The position numbers were made by a program, and so were the translations under genes. A DNA stretch of 64,000 bases, taken from positions 744,001 to 808,000 of the forward strand of contig OZ287068.1 of the NCBI GenBank assembly GCA_965645245.1. The letters are read 5' to 3'. Each line of letters starts with the position of its first letter. Position 1 is the stretch's first letter. Below are positions 1 through 13,361 of the stretch, piece after piece. Under the pieces are notes generated by a model. The model ran no database searches. It was not told the origin of the DNA and saw nothing but the letters and a program-made list of their open reading frames with translations. The DNA comes from Massalongia carnosa. Lineage: Eukaryota.

Positions 1-1624
1 ACTATGGCTCCGATTTCACTCTAGATGAAGAGGAGATCTTAAACGGCATTCTGCAGCAGCCTCCGCCCAAATTGGTTTCATACCCAGACCTCCCTCTTGC
101 TAACACTGAAGACAATGAGAATATATACACTGCGCGGATCCCTCCAGATTCTCGCTACAGGACCTTGGGCAGCAGTGCCGGCGCGTTTTGGAAGGAGAAA
201 TGGAAAAAGGGAAAGAGCAAAATTCCAGTTGAGATCGAAAGCCACGGCAGCGTCTCTACCGCTGGTAAGTTGTGCGTTGATTGTGAACATGACGAAACTA
301 ATTGATAATCAAGCGTCTAGTTGGTACAAGTGAAAACCGCCATGGGAAAGCTCGCGAAGGCTCCTCGGAGTCAGCTCCAGAGCCCAAGCCCGAGCCTGAG
401 CCTGAGCCTGACGTGTCCGACTTGAGGTCTCCCCTCGAGCGCTTTCGCACCAAACCTAAGAAACCCCTTTCCGTCACCGATCTCGTATCGCCATCATGGT
501 GCGAGCTACAGTACTGGTACAATCTCACCAAATATGGGCGGAAGAGGCGTACACCGGCTATGAAACAAGGATCGGTGGTGCACAAGAAGCTCGAGGACCA
601 GGTTCATCAGGCGGTGGCTGTGGACATTCACAGCAAGGAGGATGCATGGGGATTGAGGATCTGGAACATCATCCAAGGCTTGCAAACGCTTCGAGAAACG
701 GGTATGACGCGCGAGCTGGAGGTTTGGGGCATCATTGACGGCGAAATCGTCAACGGCGTCATCGACGAGCTCTCTTACATCTGCCCGGATCGCGAACTTG
801 AAAAAGCCGCTGATCCTGCCGAGCTCGGCGAACCCCCCCTCCCAGCCAACCAAAGCTCCATCACCCAGTTTCTGAAGCAATATTCCAATAACATTTCGGA
901 TGACAGCAGCGGTGTGCTCCGAGACGTCCGCTCGGTGCTCAAAAAGACCTCCCGCATCTATATCACCGACGTGAAAACCCGCGGCGTCAAAACTATCCCG
1001 AAAGGCGCCTCCTTCCGCCCGACCGTTATGCAACTCATGCTCTACCACCGCCTGCTCTCCGACCTCATCGCCCATAAGACAGACCCAAACATCCTCTTCG
1101 ACCGCTACAGCCTCCAGCCCACCCGCCCCTTCAGCGACGCCTTCATCGCGCAAATCGCCGCCCTGAACGAAACCTTCTACGACGGCCCCTCCCAGTCCCC
1201 CAGCACCACTTCCCCCTCACCACCCTTATCCCCGCCCCTCAAAACGCAGCACGACACTATTGACCTCCTCCTAATGCACAACTCTCTTCACCAGCTCTGG
1301 ACTCTCCTCACACACGAAATCGACCTCACTTTTCCCCACGGCGCTGCCAGCCTTGGGCCCGTCCTCAAGGCTGAGTATCGCGCTCAAACCGACGGCGCAG
1401 TCCTCGGGATGAAAACCTTCCTACACGACGACGACGTCATGGACGATTACCTTGAGGACGGCATGCGCTGGTGGAAAGGCGAACGCGAGGCCCGCGGCGT
1501 GTGTGTCGAGGAGGCGTACAAATGTGGCGTGTGCGAATTCGCCGATGGGTGCGACTGGCGGCGGGAGAAGGTTGAGGAGGCCACGAGGGCGCATCGAGCT
1601 AGGAGGAGTAGAAGCGTGGTTTGA
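1..1624 (+). CDS. EXO5: Exonuclease V (Exo5/Dem1), 5' end truncated by the window; intron ~265-320
   Basis: Motifs LSVTDLVSPSWCELQYWY, GSVVHKKLE, TRELEVWG, GVIDEL, ITDVKTR, QLMLYH; C-terminal 4Fe-4S cysteines KCGVCEFADGCDWR; GTAAGT donor at 265, TAG acceptor at 318-320. Confidence 0.9.
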
Positions 1625-2433
1625 TTGGGGTGAGAGGGGGGAAAGGGGGTTTGGGTAGGGGGAAGATGCATCTGGGGGAACATATGCATGAATGAAGGGT
1701 TTGGGAGTTTGTTCTTATATGCATCCATGTTCTTCCACATATCGGTCAATCAACTACTCGCTCAACCCTCAAAGCACCCAAATATCCGGTGTTTCTCCGA
1801 ATCCCCCATGCTCAAACACCAGTTTCCTAGTCTCTCGATTTCTTCCACATTTCCACTTCCCCTCTTCTTTTCCTCTTCGCCCCAGCACTCTATCCCCAAG
1901 CAACCAACTACATAATAAATATTTTTTAAAAATAAAAGAGCAAGCAGCAATTCAGTTACCTACAACCCCCACCCCCCCTTCCCCTCTTCCCCTAAAAGAA
2001 TATCAATCACAACGAACGAAATTCCGAGACGAGGGGGGTGGAAGTCTCGTTCGTTCGTTTGTAGCCCGAGGCGGAGTGGTGATTTGGTGGATCGGCAACG
2101 GCAACGGCAACGGCAAAGGCAAAAGAGAACGGTGGCGTGCTGACTGGAAGGTCATAGTGTCGTTTGGGAATTGGCGTTTTTCTTAAGGGGGGTAGTTAAG
2201 GAAATGCGATTGGGAAGATGGAATGGCTGGTATGCAGATATATTTCGTTTTTTGCAAGAGGGCGATAGCTTGAGATAATGGATGATGGGATTATAGAAAA
2301 GAGAAGACAAAGGACTGAATTTCTTTGGGGTTTAGTAACGCTACGGTATTTTGTACGTAGGTTAAAGAGTAATTCAAATTTTTGTTTTAGGTCCTCTAGG
2401 TGCTGATTTTGCGCCCTGGGGTGGTTGGAAATG

Positions 2434-3240
2434 TTAGTTGGTTCGATTCTTGAGAGGTGATGAGGAGAAGATGGAGAAGGGCCCTTGAAACACACAGAGC
2501 AATTTGTTGCCCACAAGCCAACACAGATAGAAATACTTACATTCATTAATCTCCTCCTCGCTAATCTCCCTCAACTTGTTCACCTTCGGCGACTCCCCCG
2601 TGACCGCCCCCTTCGCAATCTCCAAGCCACGACCCACCACATTCCCTGTTGTAATAGCGTACGTCGCCGTCCTCGTTACCACCTTGATGACGCCGATACG
2701 CGGATCCTCGGGCCCGCCATCGTGGATGCCGTCGCCTAGGTCGCCCACCCAGGCCTTGAGCGCAGGGGAGTAGTACTCGCGCACGACGGCGCGGTTGGTG
2801 ATGATTTCGGCGGAGCCGGAGATCGAGGCCCATTCACCGGTAGAGTTGAGGAAGGCGATGTTGATGGAGGGGTCGGAGGAGAGGTCGTTGGTTTTGCCGG
2901 ATTCGGTGTTGGTGTGGAAGAGGAGGTCAATGCCGCCGCTTTCCTAGAGGGGAAGACGGGGGTTAGCGGGAAATCGATTTGAGATGGAATGTGTTGGTGG
3001 GAAAGGGGATGGGGGTAGCTAGGCTGAGGTCTGGCCGAGACTTACTTGGGCGGCGACGGCCATACATCTGGATGTCAAGAGCCCGCTGCTTTCGATCCTG
3101 GTCGTCATCATGCCAAACTTGCTGTTCGAGACGAAGTGGACGAGGTCCTCGATCTTCTCTTTCAGGGCCGGTTCATCCTTGTTCTTGGACTTGTAGGGGT
3201 CGGCGTGCTTGCCGCCGGTGTCGGTGTTGCTGAAAGACAT
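2434..3240 (-). CDS. bli-3: BLI-3-like blue-light-inducible protein (pyridoxamine 5'-phosphate oxidase-like fold), 3 exons; last exon uncertain
   Basis: MSFSNTDTGGKHADPYK...KFGMMTTR...SRCMAVAA; intron 3045-2944; ESGGIDLLFHTNTESGKT...YSPALKAWVGDLGDGIHDGGPEDPRIG. Confidence 0.85.
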
Positions 3241-3542
3241 TTTGGAAGCGGGGGGAGGCAGGATGGAATAATTTCGTATGGCAACGGTATGTTTAACGGA
3301 TTGTGGTCTTCTGAACGGAATTGAGACGGGTTGAGGAGAGTTGGACGACGAATGGCGCAAGAAGTAGTGACGGGGCGCCGATGACGAAATGCAACGCGGG
3401 GCGTAAGGAGAGAGAAGGTGTGATTTGGTGAGTCTCATCTTTCCCTGGAGTTTGTTTAGACTGAGGTTTTCCTTCAATCAAGATTCCTGCTGTCAATGGA
3501 TATGAGGATATAGGAATTACCTGCATGAACTTTCATATCATC

Positions 3543-3692
3543 ATTGTTGTTGTCGTCGTTGTCGTCGTTGTCGTCGTTGTCGTCGGCGATGACATCTTGG
3601 TCCGCAACCCCCGCTCCCCTTGTCTAACTTTCTGCAGCCCTTTACTCCTCCTCCTCCTCCTCCTCAACAACAACAACAACAACAACAACAAC
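3543..3692. repeat. Compound microsatellites (GTT/GTC)n, (CCT)n, (CAA)n
   Basis: Seen directly in the divergent intergenic region. Confidence 0.85.
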
Positions 3693-4046
3693 TTGACGTT
3701 ACCATCACATCAGAACATCGAAAACAAGGAGGAACTCAACGAGCTCACGAAGTGAGAAAAACCAGCTACCTCTACGCTGGTCTTCGAATTAGGCATCCTC
3801 CAATGATCCCCGTGTCAATAAGGCTCTACCTAACTAGTCGAACCAACGTGGCATATTCTCATTCTCCCATACGCTAATCCGCAGGCAGCAGAATCATGTA
3901 TCAACAATAGTAACCCCAAATTAATCCCCCTGTCTCTAGCCATCTATCCTCATCGCAATTCCTTCCACCAATCAATTACCATTCCAACCAGAACCTTTTA
4001 GAAACCATCCACAAACCAAACCAAAACCAAAACCAAAAACCCCCCA

Positions 4047-4586
4047 ATGACAATCAAACCCTGCCAACCCACCACCTCTCCTCCTCCGGCAACCAACCAC
4101 CCACTACCACCGCTCCTTTCCCTCCCCCCGGAGCTTCTCGTCCTCATAATCCAGCCCCTCCCCTATCCGGACGCACTCGCCCTCAAACACTCGTCCCCCC
4201 ACCTCTACCCGCTCATCGACACCTCGATCCGGCTGAAAGTGGCCTGGCTCGTGTCGCGGCACGAGCGCGGTCTCGCGGGGCCGGAGCGTAAATGCGTGCT
4301 CAAGACGGATGCGGCGTTTTGCGCCAGCGGCGGGGGGGAGGTGCGCGCGATTATGGAGCGGAGGAGATGGCATTGGGAGTGTAAGGGGGGGGATTGCGAG
4401 GTTTTGGTGGGGAGGAGGTGTGAGGGGGAAGGGAGGAGGAGAAGTAGGATGTGGGGATATGAGGCGATGGTGAGAAGGGTGGTGGGGGGGAGGGATGGGA
4501 GATGGGATGAGAGGGTTGCGGGCGTGTTTTGGGGACTTGTGTTGGCTGCGATGGCGGAGTTGGTGTTATGGTTGTTTTTCCGGTAG
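4047..4586 (+). CDS. Small F-box domain protein with hydrophobic C-terminus
   Basis: F-box-like LLSLPPELLVLIIQPLPYPDALALKHSSPHLY; Cys-containing segment; C-terminal TM-like stretch. Confidence 0.65.
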   Translation: MTIKPCQPTTSPPPATNHPLPPLLSLPPELLVLIIQPLPYPDALALKHSSPHLYPLIDTSIRLKVAWLVSRHERGLAGPERKCVLKTDAAFCASGGGEVRAIMERRRWHWECKGGDCEVLVGRRCEGEGRRRSRMWGYEAMVRRVVGGRDGRWDERVAGVFWGLVLAAMAELVLWLFFR

Positions 4587-4906
4587 GGGAGGGGCGACGA
4601 GGGAAGACGAAGGGGAGTGGATCGGTTCCGCCAAGGGCGGCCTATTGTTTGGAAAATCAACAATGCTATGAGCAGTGGCTCCTGGAGAGGGTGACGAAGG
4701 AGAAGATCATTTCATCGTGATGGAAACAGGAATGAACACAGCAACCGTAGCCAAGTTATCCCATTGATGTTTAAAAACCATATACCCAGTTCCACAACTC
4801 GGCAATAATCCGTTCCATCCCTTTTTTTCTTCCCGACAACAGCAGCCAACCCTCCAGACCGACTGTTCCCCAAAACCGCTTCAACAGAAATACTCGAAAC
4901 AGCCCG

Positions 4907-7320
4907 TCATAAATGCGGAACGTTCACGCTCGCCAGGACTAGGTTCAGGATACTGACCATCCCCTCCCCCAAAATGAGACCGCTAGCAAGGACAATAACC
5001 GGAGTCTCCTCCTGTCCGCGATGAACGCGCCAGTACCAGCTAATCGCGCCTCCCATCGCGCGCGCAAGGGTGAAGGAAGGCACGTTATACATGCCTAGAA
5101 AACCCGGTTAGGTTGGAGGAATCGTCCCGCGGTCAAGAATTCATGCTTACCAACGGCCACGGCAATTCCCCCGGGCACCCACGGCTGCCACCGTTTGCCA
5201 TTGCCCACTAGCCTTAGAACCGTTGCTCCGGTAAATATCATCCCCGCCCCAAGCGCCCATTGCCAGGCCATAGGCGGCAGTCCCTGCCCCGTCACCAACC
5301 TTGCTGTAAATATCCACACGTACGCCGTCGGGACTTGGAACATTCCGCTCGGAACCTCGTACACGCTGGTGTACAGCTGGTAGACCCCCGCGCTCACGAT
5401 TGCCCCCACGAAGCTCCCAATCATTTGCCCGTAGAACTGCGCTTTGGGCGCCGCACCGAGCAGATGCCCCGCCTTGAGATCCTGCATCATATCGCCGGCC
5501 TGTAGGGCCCCGGACTCTGAAATGGCGCCCGCGAGCAGGTTTATAATGATGGCGTTGGGGTTGGAGGCGGGGATGACGAGGGCGAAGAAGAGCTGGGTGA
5601 GCTTCGAGATCCCGGAAACGGGGTTGAGGTCGGTTTCGCCAAGGGCTCGGACACCCATGATGGAAAGGAGCAGCGCAAGGAGGATGGCAAGAAGGATTGC
5701 GTAGAATGGGATGAGGGCGTTGAATACGATGCGGACGGAAAGAATGCAGACACCGATAGATAATATTGCAAGAATGACCACCATGCGATTGCTCACGAGA
5801 TGCTCGGGAGGTGCGTCGACTTCAGGAAGATCCTCAGATTGGCTAGAAAAATCCGTCTCCGGCTCGTACGTGTTTGAGGTTTGGTGGCCTAGTGAAGCGG
5901 ATTCGGAAGAGGTCCTAAGAGCCGTATATCCGTCTCTCTTCAACCAATCTAGATGGAAATAACTTCTGAATGATCCTCTTCCTACAGGATCTTTGATCTT
6001 TGCAAAATACCGAGGTGCACGAAGCACCAAGGGACGGAGAATTAACCATCCCAAGCTAATCAACGAATCCGCCAGCATGATTGTCAGGCTCACCCAAACT
6101 ATCCAGCCTTTGCTTCCAGATTCCCAATCATTGACAGGACCTGGCGCCCAGCCTTTGCTCTTGGCCAACGGAGATAATATTCCCCAGCCGACGAGAGCTC
6201 CAAGCAGCATATGAAAGGTTGTCGCTGGACCCATGATGATCCCTGAAGAAAACGAATGCGGATCAGAAAGAGCAACCAGAAGACGCCGTGCTTGCTCTGT
6301 ACTTACCTTGTCCAACGTATGCAGGCGATGGATTGAGCGTCCACAGCCACTGTGTTGCCAGAGGTAGCCCAAAAATGGGAAGGCTCCGTAAATGTGGAAT
6401 GAAGTATTGGACAAGCGTCTACAATATTAGGATGTATTTTAGGTATTCGAACATTCTTTGAATTGAAAACCTACATAAACAGCTGATACGAAAAAAGCTA
6501 TCAGAAGTAATCTGATCTTGGCCTTCCAATCATTCCGATGATCCACTCCTCTCTCTTGCTCGTCTTGCCGAGCAACTTCATCTCCGCAATTGTTTGGAGG
6601 TATTCCGGAAACGCTGGATGACCGAAGCCTATCCTGACTCCTCCTTTTGAACGTCTCCAAACAATCTTGAGTCTTCGCAAATGTATCCCCGTCCTGATTG
6701 CCATGGAGAACGCCTATTATCAACGCGGTAGCTGTTCCGCTAGGAAACTTGAGCTTTTCACGTATGATAACCTCCCTGCGCAGTGGAACCGCAATGACAA
6801 CCCCAAAGAAACAGATTCCCACAGCCCATATAATCAATTTGCCTGTTCCCAGGACTAGAGGTCCATTTTCTTCCGTTCTCAGCAAGTAGTTTAGGGCTGG
6901 CATGACACCTACAAATCCACAGCCTAGAGGCATTGTCCCAACAGCACCGGCGACCGTTGTGACGAGCACATTCTCGACGGGAGTAAACGGATAGCTGATA
7001 TATTTGGCAACTAGCTTGAAATATGCAAAGCCAATCAGTGCAGAAGGCATTGTCATTCCGCTGATCCAGCCGGTTTGCAACCCAAAGTAGGTATTGGAAA
7101 AGCATATGATAATACCAATGACAAGACCGACGAAAATGCCGCGAGAGGTGAAATTCTGGCCCTGGTCTGCCTTTTCAGCGAGGAGCTTATAAGCCTCACT
7201 CCGTCGTCGAGCCATCGTCTTGGTCGTCGTCGACTTGTGACTACTAAGCCCATCGGCTTCTTCGTTAGTATCATGGTTGCTGCTTGCCTGAGAGGTAGAT
7301 GAGCCTCTGTCAGGAGACAT
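4907..7320 (-). CDS. OPT-superfamily oligopeptide transporter (YSL/YGL114W-like), spliced
   Basis: NTYFGLQTGW, FTPVENV, LKFPSGTATA, ALGETDLNPVSGISK, GDMMQDLK, ASGLILGEG; many TM helices over three ORF segments joined by introns. Confidence 0.92.
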
Positions 7321-7813
7321 GGTACAGAGTATTGCGGAGGGCTTGCACCGTCGATTGACTGCAGTGCTGGCCGTAAAGCTGACTCCACAGAGAAAGCATC
7401 ATAGTAATTGCGCTAGTAGCTGCATAGTACATTTATCGTCATCTAATTAGTTAGTCATCGGATGCAAAAACTTATGACCAGTATCACGTGACGTGCAGGT
7501 ATATTTTGTTACGACTGCGAATCTCTTTCTCATGATACTTTACTTACGGAGTACTTTATGAGGAGTTCTTCCATTTAGCATTGTTGAAATTTATCAAGAC
7601 TTGCTACAGTGTGTCAATCCTTGTTTCCGTAATTACAATCATAGTTCACAGACTCATTGATCTATTATGCCTCTCTCGTCGATCGTTCTCCGTTGTATTT
7701 TCATTAAAAGACGTTTCGGAATTAGAGGACCGAAAGACGTAGAACATTTTTCCATTAGCCTTCCTCCGCTCCAAGGTCCAGCGGCAACGAGATGGTGGCT
7801 CTGGACTACCCAC

Positions 7814-9668
<1,855 letters not shown>

Positions 9669-10426
9669 TTTAGATGGTTGAACTCCAAAAATGTCCACGT
9701 GCTCCGTGGGATGTGTTCGCTACACAGTTGTTGACATATTTCTTCATTTAGATGTTTTCTTTCTGGGTGCCGTGGGAATGTCCGGCTAATTCTGCCGCCA
9801 CACACACTAAATCAAAAGATTCAGCGTTGAGCATTTGGGGACGTGAATACTCCATGTCGCGGCTGTGATTGGTTTGAAATATACGCTTTCCCTAATAAGC
9901 CCTTAGGTAGGAGAATCTCATTGGTAGTTTAGGAACTTAATTTGAATCAAAATATGGCAGAAGTACAGAGTACGGAGTGCAAAGTATCTGTAAGCTTGCA
10001 CGTGCCTTGCTTGACTGCGTTAGGCATAACCTCTCGTTCCGAAGCTAAAGGATGCTTGGTCTATTGGACTCCGCTATTAAAACCATGTTGCTCCGTATTT
10101 CCACCCCGTCCTCGCACATATCCCCACTCCGCTGTCTCCGAACCCATTTTCGGATCCAGTGACCCTGGAGCCCGTGACTAGATATTCATTTATTACTCCT
10201 CCTGGTGGTACAACTCTTACTATTGGCCTCGAGCGAAGTTGAGCCTGCGTGTCATACAAGTTTATTCATAAAACTGCCAATTTTTGCTGCCATCTAGGTT
10301 TTCAGTTATCTTACGCGGTACGGGAGGCCGACACGTCACCGTCGACTTTTTTTATCCTGCTTCCATTATTCGTTGTTTCATCCTTCAATACTGAAGTATC
10401 TATCGCTTGACCGCAGCTTGACCGAA

Positions 10427-12217
10427 ATGACAGATACTCTCTCCAACACCTTAAAGCGACCTCATCCAGAGGATGACCTTTCAAACGCCCAAAAGAAATC
10501 CCGTTCAAACAATGGCTCTCCTGTCCCTCATACTAACGGCACCGTACCCAGCGGCAATCCAGACATCAATAAGATCATGGCGGAAGCAAGAGCGAAGGCC
10601 GCCGCCGTTGCGGCGAGGCTTCAAGGATCAAAAGTAGGGCAGGTTGGCTCAGTAGCTCCGCCCTCGTCCTCACCTGGAGCGGCATCTGCTGCAATTAGTA
10701 GCACATTGTCACGGATAGAGCAGATGAAGGCTAGAGTAGCTGCTGCGACAGGAAAATCCAGCGCTGTGAGTCAGCAGAGGCCAGTAGCGCCAACTGCTAC
10801 CTATCCAGGACCGGTATTTGAAGATGGAATATCACGAGCGAGGGGGGGACTAGATGTGGGCCTGCACCCAGCTTTGATAGGAGACTCTGGCCAAGATGCA
10901 AGGTCTTCGAAGAACAAGCAGGCTATACAGCCAAAATTTGCAACAACCATGGCGAACCGCCGCGCAGAGTCCCCTGTCGGTCAGTCTTCGAAAACGAGCA
11001 AGGGAGGAAAGAAGCCGCTAGACCTCTCAGGCCCGTCTGCGGAGGAAACAAGAAGCAACCCATACTTTGATGCGTCTCTGGGTGCGAAAACAGCCACTCT
11101 ACGAGCCCGAGGGTCAAGACAGCTGGTGTTCAACCAAAAGGGTAAATACATCCAACAAGCAACCGCGCTCCGCCGCCAGGCCGCGCTTGAGCAGATGAAA
11201 AAGCGAATTGCCGAATCTTCCCGTAAGGCTGGCATTGATGAGGATCTGGACACGGAAAAGGCCTTCCTTGTCCAGCCTCCTCCCGAAATCGAGTGGTGGG
11301 ACGAAGGCCTGGTCAACGGGCCCAGCTATGCCTTTGTCGACACTCCGCACGGTCTGAAACTTGACACCCCAGACTCAATCATCACTCTCTACATCCAGCA
11401 CCCCGTGGCCCTTGAACCGCCGCAGGAGAAAAACATGCCCCCTCCAAAACCCATGTTCCTCACACCCAAAGAACAAGCCAAAACTCGGCGCCAGCGCCGC
11501 ATGGCCGACCTGAAAGAACAACAAGCCAAGATCCGCCTTGGCCTCGAACCCGCCCCCCCTCCTAAAGTGAAAAAATCTAACCTAATGCGCGTTCTCGGTG
11601 AAGAAGCCGTCAAAGACCCCACCGCCGTGGAAGCGCGCGTGAACCGCGAGATCGCCGAGCGCGCCCAAAAACACCTGGACGCCAACGCCGCCCGTAAACT
11701 CACCAAGGAGGCCGCGCACGAAAAGCTGGCCGAGAAACAGGACAAGGATGCCGCACGGGGAATCCACGCCAGCGTGTACAAGATCGATTCCTTAGCCAAT
11801 GGGCGGCATCGGTTCAAAATCGCCAAGAACGCAGAGCAGCAAGCTCTCACCGGTCTATGCGTGCAGCACCCGCGCTTTAGCCTCGTGGTGGTAGAAGGCG
11901 GCGCGCACAGCATCATGGCCTTCAAGAAGCTGATGCTGCAGCGCATCGACTGGACGGAGAATAGCAGTCCGGCGGCCGTGCGCGAAGGCAACAAAGACGC
12001 CGCACAACTGGCGGACTGGCTCCGCGCCGAGGACGAACGTGGGGAGCTGAAGGATCTAGGCGGCAACCGGTGCACGTTGGTGTGGGAAGGGGAGCAGAAA
12101 ACAAGGGCCTTTCGGAAGTGGGGCAGTCGCGTGTGCGACACCGACGCTGCGGCCAAGGAGGCGCTGGGCCGGGCGAAGATGGAGAGTTTCTGGACCTTGG
12201 CCAAGAGTTTGAAGTGA
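10427..12217 (+). CDS. PRP3: U4/U6 snRNP protein Prp3
   Basis: PPEIEWWD, YIQHP, IRLGLEPAPPPKVKKSNLMRVLG, DPTAVEARV, VVVEGG..FKKLML.RIDW, CTLVWEG. Confidence 0.95.
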   Translation: MTDTLSNTLKRPHPEDDLSNAQKKSRSNNGSPVPHTNGTVPSGNPDINKIMAEARAKAAAVAARLQGSKVGQVGSVAPPSSSPGAASAAISSTLSRIEQMKARVAAATGKSSAVSQQRPVAPTATYPGPVFEDGISRARGGLDVGLHPALIGDSGQDARSSKNKQAIQPKFATTMANRRAESPVGQSSKTSKGGKKPLDLSGPSAEETRSNPYFDASLGAKTATLRARGSRQLVFNQKGKYIQQATALRRQAALEQMKKRIAESSRKAGIDEDLDTEKAFLVQPPPEIEWWDEGLVNGPSYAFVDTPHGLKLDTPDSIITLYIQHPVALEPPQEKNMPPPKPMFLTPKEQAKTRRQRRMADLKEQQAKIRLGLEPAPPPKVKKSNLMRVLGEEAVKDPTAVEARVNREIAERAQKHLDANAARKLTKEAAHEKLAEKQDKDAARGIHASVYKIDSLANGRHRFKIAKNAEQQALTGLCVQHPRFSLVVVEGGAHSIMAFKKLMLQRIDWTENSSPAAVREGNKDAAQLADWLRAEDERGELKDLGGNRCTLVWEGEQKTRAFRKWGSRVCDTDAAAKEALGRAKMESFWTLAKSLK

Positions 12218-12667
12218 ACAGGGGGCTTTTTCTGGACGGAGGTTCGCTTTGCTTGTGTGCGCACGGGGTTGGGTCATCCATCGGTAGCGAGGGCGAGACT
12301 GCATCTGGCGAAAATCTTTTCTAGAGCGCAGTTCTGTCTACCTACCTACCGAGGTATTATATTCTCCACATCCTGGAAAAGAAAGATAGGGAGACAGATA
12401 CGTAGTTAGAGCTGGCTGGCTGGTCAGGGGAGCTACATATCATATGTGCTCGTACACCACCACCATTACCTTTCACCTCTACTCGAGATATCTATATCTA
12501 AGTATGTATCTCAACCATAAACTCCCATTACTCTTGAACAAATCCAATTCAACCCTAGCCCGACATTTCGATAGTTACATGGTTTAGATGGAATATATCT
12601 CTACTACCTATCCCTCCATCTCTCTCTATGTAATAACTAATCCCCCATTTGTCTGTGTATCTATCGA

Positions 12668-12708
12668 TCGATCTAGTCTAGTCTAGTCTAGTCTAGTCTG
12701 GTCTGGTC
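12668..12708. repeat. (CTAGT)n/(CTGGT)n pentanucleotide microsatellite
   Basis: Seen directly. Confidence 0.8.
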
Positions 12709-13361
12709 TCCTTTCCTGCTTTTTCTCCTTGTTCTTTTCCGTGGTTCCCCCAACCCCTTCTGTTACCATCCCATTCTCACTCTCATCTCTCCAATCCAAA
12801 CCGAACCGAATCGCACCAAAGCTTCCTTTCCACCCCCCCCCCCCCCCCGTAAATCCTGCAACCTACAAAACAAACTCAACACCAGCTTTGTATCTTGCGG
12901 ACAAAGAACGTTTTTTTTAAATAATTTTTAGTTCAATTTTGATTGATTGAACGAGGTTGATGAGGAGGAGGAGGAGGACGACGACGAAAAGGGGGTTCCT
13001 ACCTACATATCGCTGAGTTGGATATATACTCGTAGATGAATGCTGTCCCTGGAAAAAATTGAAAATTGGGAGATTCGCGGTGAGTGGGATGACATACTTT
13101 GTGTATGTGTGTATGTGTGTAGGAGGATTGGATTAGATTAGATTAGGTAAGGGAGGTAGGGGTAAAGAAGCTCAATGGGAAGCCATTTTATTCGGGGATT
13201 CAGAGACGCCAAAAGACTCGTTGGGGGTGGCAGCAAGGAAGCGTTCGATGATTGACGACCAACGAGGTCTTTTCTTTTTAACACAAAAAACAAACAAACA
13301 TATAGCTTAGGCAGATGTAAAATTGAACTTCAATAAGGGCCCCTCCTTTCGCTCCACTGCC

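Noticed and set aside
3525..3877. Poly-V/poly-N and poly-P/poly-Q ORFs
   Set aside because: Explained by microsatellites; no supported gene model, though an upstream exon of the F-box gene cannot be excluded
7545..7553. Recurrent TACGGAGTA intergenic motif (also ~9971, ~20908, ~50593)
   Set aside because: Short motif with few occurrences; no locus-specific meaning can be supported
11389..12264. 291-aa antisense ORF over PRP3 (and similar ORFs over EXO5, MAD1, DUF3445)
   Set aside because: Antisense shadows caused by high GC3 codon bias
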